In this document: positions 58,923 to 64,000 of the stretch, piece by piece
How the letters are laid out: the number at the start of each line of letters is the position of its first letter
Numbering within the stretch: the stretch's first letter is position 1
IMG/VR virus record: IMGVR_UViG_3300023174_000034
Strand: one strand, 5' to 3'
Length of the DNA: 64,000 bases
Origin: a virus
Lineage: Duplodnaviria; Heunggongvirae; Uroviricota; Caudoviricetes
Position numbers and translations under genes: made by a program
The notes under the pieces: model-generated
Told to the model about the DNA's origin: nothing
Database searches by the model: none
What the model saw: the letters and a program-made list of their open reading frames with translations, nothing else

Positions 58923-59158
58923 TGATTCTGTTTGTTACTTGTTCCACGCTGGTGGGTTGTGGAACACTGGAACGAACACCAGTCATGACTGTGCAAGAAG
59001 CAGACAACTATCAAGTCAACTGCAACATGAAAAACGAACAACTTGAGTTCCTGTCCAGATATGTGGCAAGCAATAAGAAAACTGTATACCAGACAGATGC
59101 TTTGTCGCAGGCCGTGATCAAACGTAAGATTAACTATCTCCACAGTTGGTGCAAATGA
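58901..59158 (+). CDS. lipoprotein
   Basis: Lipobox LVGC. Confidence 0.6.
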   Translation: MFTKNTIMILFVTCSTLVGCGTLERTPVMTVQEADNYQVNCNMKNEQLEFLSRYVASNKKTVYQTDALSQAVIKRKINYLHSWCK

Positions 59159-59748
59159 AAACCCGTGCCTTGCTACTTGTCGCTATACTTGCACAACCTG
59201 CGTTTGCAGAGTGCTACCTACGGTCTAGCACACTCAATCAGTTCAAGGGCACAATTGAACGTACCGCAGACGTGGCCCGTGATGTTGTGGTCATGCCACC
59301 AGATCGGATGCAATGTACAGTGACCTTTCGTGTGATGTTGGACGGAGTCTGGCATACTGCACAAGGCCAGGCCATTGGTTCGGATTCAACAAGTGAAAAC
59401 CAATTGTGTGCCCAGGCGCAGGACATTGGTCGGTCGAGACTGATGCAAAAGATTGATGGTAGCCAAACCAGCGTAAGCCAAGAAATGGTTTGTACAGATC
59501 AGGACATTCCACAGATCCGAAGCCGCCCTGTCAAGATCGGTGACCTAGTGCGTGAAAGCGAAATGGCTCCGCATTGGGATTTGAGCAAACGAATCAGCTT
59601 TGCCCATCGTGGTATGGAATGCCGTTGGTTCATGGAAACCTTGCCCTATGGTGTGAGTGGCATGGTCCAAAGCATTGGCATGATGTGCAAATTGGATAAT
59701 AACCGTTGGCGCATCACGGACAAGTGGATCAATTCGATTGACAAGTAA
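59155..59748 (+). CDS. secreted Cys-containing protein
   Basis: Signal peptide ending PAFA/EC. Confidence 0.65.
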   Translation: MKTRALLLVAILAQPAFAECYLRSSTLNQFKGTIERTADVARDVVVMPPDRMQCTVTFRVMLDGVWHTAQGQAIGSDSTSENQLCAQAQDIGRSRLMQKIDGSQTSVSQEMVCTDQDIPQIRSRPVKIGDLVRESEMAPHWDLSKRISFAHRGMECRWFMETLPYGVSGMVQSIGMMCKLDNNRWRITDKWINSIDK

Positions 59749-59800
59749 TTGCCATTTCGTTTATAATTAACTATCGTAACTTTGTACCGAAAGGTGTTGT

Positions 59801-59923
59801 ATGAAAACTGTGTTTGTGTTGTTAGTAACTCTGGGCCTTACTGCCTGCTCAACTGTGGCAGGAATGGGTAAGGATCTTACATCCGGTGCCGAATGGACCA
59901 AAGAAAAGATAGGTGGAAAATAA
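59801..59923 (+). CDS. entericidin EcnA/B-like lipopeptide (not in ORF track)
   Basis: MKTVFVLLVTLGLTAC-STVAGMGKDLTSGAE; promoter TTGACA-18-TATAAT at 59738-59767. Confidence 0.7.
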   Translation: MKTVFVLLVTLGLTACSTVAGMGKDLTSGAEWTKEKIGGK

Positions 59924-60501
59924 TGAAACGTATTCTAATTGCTAGTGCTGTTCTTGCCGTGCTAGCCGGCTGTAGTTCAACTTCTGATCCGTATCAAAAG
60001 CGAGCAGATGCGGAGCAGGAAAAGCGTGAGAAGTATGCAGAACGAGCCATTGACAAGGCTCCCAACTGGATGACCAAATTGCCCGAAAGCAAGAGTGCAG
60101 TGTATGCCAGTGCAACTGCTACCAGCCCAGACTTTGCCATGGCAGACGAAAAAGCCAAGGTAATTGCGTTTGGTAAGATCTGTATGGCCGCTGGCGGCGA
60201 AGTGGACAAGCAGAGCCGTGTGTTCCGACAAGATGTGGGTGAAACATCCGCAGAGAACAGTGAAATGGCCATTCGCGCCATGTGCCGTAAGGTTGATGTA
60301 ACTGGCGCAGAGCTAGTGGAAGTCAAGCGGGTGAGCGAAGGCAGTCGTTTCCGTAGTTATGTGCTGGTAGCCCTGCCCATGGGCGAAGCCAACATACTGC
60401 GCCGTGAAAAAGTGGACGAAGCTGTTCGCAAAACCACAGCAGGTCGCGCACGTGAAGCTTTTGAAGAAATGGACAAACCTGTTGTTCAACCTGTGCAATA
60501 A
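59923..60501 (+). CDS. lipoprotein (LPP20-like)
   Basis: MKRILIASAVLAVLAGC lipobox; TAATG coupling. Confidence 0.65.
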   Translation: MKRILIASAVLAVLAGCSSTSDPYQKRADAEQEKREKYAERAIDKAPNWMTKLPESKSAVYASATATSPDFAMADEKAKVIAFGKICMAAGGEVDKQSRVFRQDVGETSAENSEMAIRAMCRKVDVTGAELVEVKRVSEGSRFRSYVLVALPMGEANILRREKVDEAVRKTTAGRAREAFEEMDKPVVQPVQ

Positions 60502-60576
60502 ACTGCTCAGTTAACGATTCAAGCTGTAGTTTAAGCCCTCCCTAGTGTATGTAAATACGCTAGCGGAGGGTTTCTT

Positions 60577-61083
60577 ATGGCAAGACCAAATTTGATTTCG
60601 CAATATATGAATGCTGACTTACCAAGCATCAGTGTTCAAAAACGACTACCCTTTCGACCGCACCTGGAACAGGCGGATGCACTTTATCGTGTGATCAATC
60701 GCCATATTTTTGACAATACCCTGACTCAGCCCGAAATCGATCTTTATCAAATGCAAAAAACCTGGGGACTGTGTCACTGGTTGGATCAACGTCAGAAAAG
60801 TGCCAGCTGGGGCAAGCAAGGCACATGGTGTCGCATTAGTCTAAATGACAAATGGTTTTGCCCACAGTGGTTTTGCACCACACTTGCACACGAAATGGTG
60901 CATCAGTATCAATGGGATATAGAACGATTTGATCAAACGGGTTTTAATATCTGTGAAAACTCTGGCGCACATGGACCTAGCTTCTTTGCCTGGCGCGACC
61001 GTTTTGCCCACTGGGGCATTGATCTCAAAACAGCACATGGACAACGACGTTGGTTCAGGCATCAGGACTTTAATAAATGTTGA
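60577..61083 (+). CDS. SprT-like zinc metalloprotease
   Basis: TLAHEMVHQYQ...HGPSF..W. Confidence 0.8.
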   Translation: MARPNLISQYMNADLPSISVQKRLPFRPHLEQADALYRVINRHIFDNTLTQPEIDLYQMQKTWGLCHWLDQRQKSASWGKQGTWCRISLNDKWFCPQWFCTTLAHEMVHQYQWDIERFDQTGFNICENSGAHGPSFFAWRDRFAHWGIDLKTAHGQRRWFRHQDFNKC

Positions 61084-61144
61084 CAAAGGCTCTATAGTTG
61101 TCTATAATTGACTATAATTGTATATAATTCAACTAGGAGCATCC

Positions 61145-61768
61145 ATGCCAAATTTTGTACCTTCAGTACTAGAAAAGACTTCCAACGGCGAGCGTGTTTA
61201 CGACATCTACAGCCGATTACTCAAAGACCGCATTGTCATGCTGGACACAGAGGTCAGCGAACACTCTGCCAGCCTTGTTATTGCCCAAATGCTGTTCTTA
61301 GAAAGCGAAAGTCCAAGTGCAGACATCCTGTTCTACATCAACAGCCCAGGTGGTATCGTCACTGCTGGACTGGCAATCTATGACACCATGCAGTTTATCA
61401 GGCCTGATGTTTCTACCATCGTACTTGGCCAAGCCTGTTCCATGGGCAGTTTCCTTGCACAAGCAGGTGCACCGGGCAAACGACTGGTATTGCCAGAATC
61501 ACGCACGATGATTCACCGTGTGAGTTCCGGTACTCCGGGCACACGAGGTAGCGTACACGTACAGGAACTACAGTTTGAAGACACCAAACGCTCGTTTGAA
61601 GAAAGTGTTCGAATCAACGAACGCCTGACACAGCTATATGTCAAGCACAATACCGCTGGCAAGACCTATGATGATCTGTATAGTGCAATGAAATTTGACA
61701 CTTTCTTGAGCGCACAGGAAGCAGTGGCATACGGACTTGCAGACCAGGTGGTTGAGAAACGTCCTTGA
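61145..61768 (+). CDS. clpP: ClpP protease subunit
   Basis: [45 protein letters not shown]; promoter at 61080-61108. Confidence 0.93.
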   Translation: MPNFVPSVLEKTSNGERVYDIYSRLLKDRIVMLDTEVSEHSASLVIAQMLFLESESPSADILFYINSPGGIVTAGLAIYDTMQFIRPDVSTIVLGQACSMGSFLAQAGAPGKRLVLPESRTMIHRVSSGTPGTRGSVHVQELQFEDTKRSFEESVRINERLTQLYVKHNTAGKTYDDLYSAMKFDTFLSAQEAVAYGLADQVVEKRP

Positions 61769-61794
61769 TTAGTGATTGCTCACTAGCAATTTCT

Positions 61795-61811
61795 ATGTTG
61801 CATTGCAACAT
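61795..61811. promoter_or_regulatory. palindromic operator candidate ATGTTGC-N3-GCAACAT (PhaR-box-like)
   Basis: Same arms as the 57662 box; TAAATA at 61819. Confidence 0.5.
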
Positions 61812-61874
61812 GTAGTGGTAAATACTATTAGTAGAAACCACTACATGTTCTACACAACAACAAAGGAATTGACT

Positions 61875-62042
61875 ATGATGCAAAACATCCTAGAAAGACT
61901 TGCAGAAATGTTTCCAAAACAAAACTACCAAAGCAAGTTGGAGCAGTACATAAACAGCAAGCACCCACAAAGCGCGGCCGATATTGAGCATTGGATTCGC
62001 CGCTACGATCAAGAAGCATCTAAATGGAGTTGGTCACTATGA
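61875..62042 (+). CDS. small protein (DUF3563-like, tentative)
   Basis: LERLAEMFPKQNYQSKLEQYI...ADIEHWIRRYD; start re-set. Confidence 0.5.
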   Translation: MMQNILERLAEMFPKQNYQSKLEQYINSKHPQSAADIEHWIRRYDQEASKWSWSL

Positions 62043-62137
62043 AACGTCTAGCACATTGGATTTGGAACAGCATGGTCGCTGTTGCAGAAGCAAGACACGC
62101 ATATCACAGGAAACATGGTTTCAGTGCGTGGTATTAA
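62039..62137 (+). CDS. 32-aa peptide
   Basis: ATGA coupling; MKRLAHWIWNSMVAVAEARHAY. Confidence 0.4.
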   Translation: MKRLAHWIWNSMVAVAEARHAYHRKHGFSAWY

Positions 62138-62276
62138 AATGACCCACCATGGTGAAAAAATTGCTGGATTCATGATCATAGCAATGATTATCTATCTGTT
62201 TATAGCACAATAATCGTCATGGGCTAACCTGCAAGCCATTTGCACCTTGCAATAAATACACAATCAGGGTGCAAAC

Positions 62277-62987
62277 ATGCGATTAAATGAATTTGATATA
62301 ACACCAGCTTTGGTGTTCCACGACCAGCTAAATCCAGCTCTATGGGAGGGTAACTTACTGCGTCCGGACGTGCAGGCCAAGCTGTTGAAAATTGCCGACG
62401 ACTTCCAAGACTTCATTGGCGTGAGCATCTACGATGTGCTAGATATCACTATATCAGGATCCAATGCAGCCTTCACTTACACACCTAGATCAGACATCGA
62501 TCTACACCTTGTGGTGATGATTCCTGGCGCACATGAAGAAGAACTGCGTGAATTATTTGATGCAAAGAAATACCAGTATAACGATACCTTTGACTTCAAG
62601 ATCCATGGATACGATGTAGAACTGTATGTGCAAGATGCTGAGCAAGAGCATCACAGCATGGGTATCTACAGCGTGAAAAACAACAAATGGTTGAGCGAGC
62701 CAAAACAGATTCGTGCCACAATCGACGACATCTCAGTTGAAAACAGATATCGCACTTACATTTCTCGTATACAGTCAGCCACAGCAGAAGATGACATGGA
62801 CAAGAGCCAAAAGCTATGGGACCACCTTAGAGGCATGCGACAAGCTGGTCTAGCACAGGGCGGCGAATTCTCGCCTGAGAATGTTACATTCAAATTATTA
62901 CGTGCCGAAGGCTATTTGCAAGACCTACGTGACCACATGGTAGCATTGAAAACCCAGGCCATGAGCATGGAGGGTGCAAATGCGTGA
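62277..62987 (+). CDS. Pol-beta-superfamily nucleotidyltransferase
   Basis: ISGSNA...SDIDLHLVV...DVELY; MRLNEF leader; TAAATA at 62253. Confidence 0.7.
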   Translation: MRLNEFDITPALVFHDQLNPALWEGNLLRPDVQAKLLKIADDFQDFIGVSIYDVLDITISGSNAAFTYTPRSDIDLHLVVMIPGAHEEELRELFDAKKYQYNDTFDFKIHGYDVELYVQDAEQEHHSMGIYSVKNNKWLSEPKQIRATIDDISVENRYRTYISRIQSATAEDDMDKSQKLWDHLRGMRQAGLAQGGEFSPENVTFKLLRAEGYLQDLRDHMVALKTQAMSMEGANA

Positions 62988-63828
62988 TCATCCAACAGAA
63001 ACAACAACCACAGATATCCTTTTACATGACAGTCACATGACTGTGAGCCTGATCAAGACCAAGCCAAGTCCACGACTGGTAGACAAACTACACCCAATCA
63101 AATGCTATCGTGATGAACCAGAAAAAGGCAAACATAGTTTTTTTGAGTCTGTGTTGCCCATTGCAGTGATCGAACCACATGCCAAATACCATGATGGTGA
63201 ACTGTATGACTACAGCGCACAAGTACATCTAAGTCACGGTGCCAATATGTGCAACGAAATCAATGAACCCATAACAGGTCTGGAGTTTCGCCGTCGTCGA
63301 CCAGACCTAGAACACTTCTTCAAGATTGAACGCCTGGCTCCAATGTTTGCCAGCGCACCTGTACTGGGTTTCCATTTTGATCTAAGTGATATAGAAACAG
63401 CATACGATATGACCATGGGCATATTCCGTCGTCTGGCTGAAGATGATTTTACAGATCAAACTACTGTTACGCTACTGAGTTATAAACTCTATTATGACCA
63501 CACTGCGGTAGAAGATCAACATCTCAACAGTGGTCGTGCTACTATATTGCCTGTTGCATTCCGCGATGAGATATCACAACACATCGGAATGATTGTCACA
63601 GAACTGACCACAGCAATGACCTTGGAGATCCAGGAGCATCGACATCAGCGCAGTCGGCTGATTGCAAGAGTAGTAAATAAGTGGTTAGATGCATCTAGCA
63701 CCAAACGCATTGCACAACGTATGATGGACCGTCCAGAACAATACATGTTCTTGTTGAGTTTCGTACTGACTGCATTCTTAGAAGATAAACTAGAACAAGC
63801 AATTTACGAAGTGATAAAAACAACATGA
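62980..63828 (+). CDS. hypothetical protein
   Basis: About 280-aa coupled ORF. Confidence 0.65.
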   Translation: MRDHPTETTTTDILLHDSHMTVSLIKTKPSPRLVDKLHPIKCYRDEPEKGKHSFFESVLPIAVIEPHAKYHDGELYDYSAQVHLSHGANMCNEINEPITGLEFRRRRPDLEHFFKIERLAPMFASAPVLGFHFDLSDIETAYDMTMGIFRRLAEDDFTDQTTVTLLSYKLYYDHTAVEDQHLNSGRATILPVAFRDEISQHIGMIVTELTTAMTLEIQEHRHQRSRLIARVVNKWLDASSTKRIAQRMMDRPEQYMFLLSFVLTAFLEDKLEQAIYEVIKTT

Positions 63829-64000
63829 ACTCAGCAGAATTTGCCTACCAAGATCAGGTACAAGACTTTATCGAGTTTGTGTTTGAAAAATTACAAATAC
63901 CCGGGGACATGCCTGAGATTGAATACGCACAGCAAAAAGAAAGCCCAGATCAAGTTCGCACAGGCTACTATGATCCCAACATCAATAAACTTTGGATCTA
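63825..64000 (+). CDS. hypothetical protein (truncated by window end)
   Basis: MNSAEFAYQDQVQDFIEFVFEKL... open to the end of the window. Confidence 0.55.
   Translation, partial: MNSAEFAYQDQVQDFIEFVFEKLQIPGDMPEIEYAQQKESPDQVRTGYYDPNINKLWI

Noticed and set aside
62241-62273. NtrC box (TGCACC...GGTGCA)
   Set aside because: The half-sites are ~21 bp apart instead of 5; better explained as an RNA hairpin.
387-63422. Numerous 60-190 aa alternative-frame and antisense ORFs in the track
   Set aside because: They lie within well-supported genes and show no motifs or RBS, so they are treated as shadow ORFs.
1-64000. CRISPR array, tRNA, rRNA or integrase
   Set aside because: No regularly spaced repeats, cloverleaf/T-loop signatures or recombinase motifs were seen by eye; tRNAscan was not run.
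1-64000. Stop-codon reassignment
   Set aside because: Conserved genes (nrdA, nrdB, metK, clpX, uvsW) are full length in the standard code, and TAA, TAG and TGA all end genes.

Overview
This window looks like a gene-dense, mostly plus-strand segment of a large T4-related or jumbo-type tailed phage. The host is probably a Gram-negative proteobacterium; the IscU/IscA, phasin-like, PbpG-like, entericidin-like and MetK genes suggest Betaproteobacteria (inference). Replication genes include UvsW-like helicase, clamp-loader-like subunit, a 197-aa DnaE-like protein, primase, gp41/DnaB helicase and nrdA/nrdB/glutaredoxin, interleaved with accessory enzymes (2OG-Fe(II) oxygenases, cupin, radical SAM, glycosyltransferase-like). 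A virion/late block holds a LysM protein, two Pol-beta-fold nucleotidyltransferases, a KWDG ligase-like protein and a fibre protein. Host-derived genes include iscU, iscA, clpX, clpS, clpP, rpsU, hsp20, metK and uvsE, plus cell-envelope enzymes and lipoproteins. Two promoter classes are readable: sigma70-type TTGAC-17/18-TATAAT and a T4-late-like TAAATA. The most interesting observations are: (1) two ATGTTGC-N3-GCAACAT palindromes resembling PhaR operators, one upstream of a phasin-like gene; (2) nucleotidyltransferase and ligase-like enzymes with capsid-targeting-like leaders; (3) a miniature DnaE; (4) many apparently leaderless genes alongside bS21 and an unannotated ArfA-like ORF; (5) T4-style RBS-occluding hairpins containing late promoters; (6) a lipoprotein cassette with an unannotated entericidin-like ORF; (7) a candidate structured RNA. 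No tRNA, rRNA, CRISPR array or integrase was seen. All family calls come from motif recognition by eye, not from database searches.
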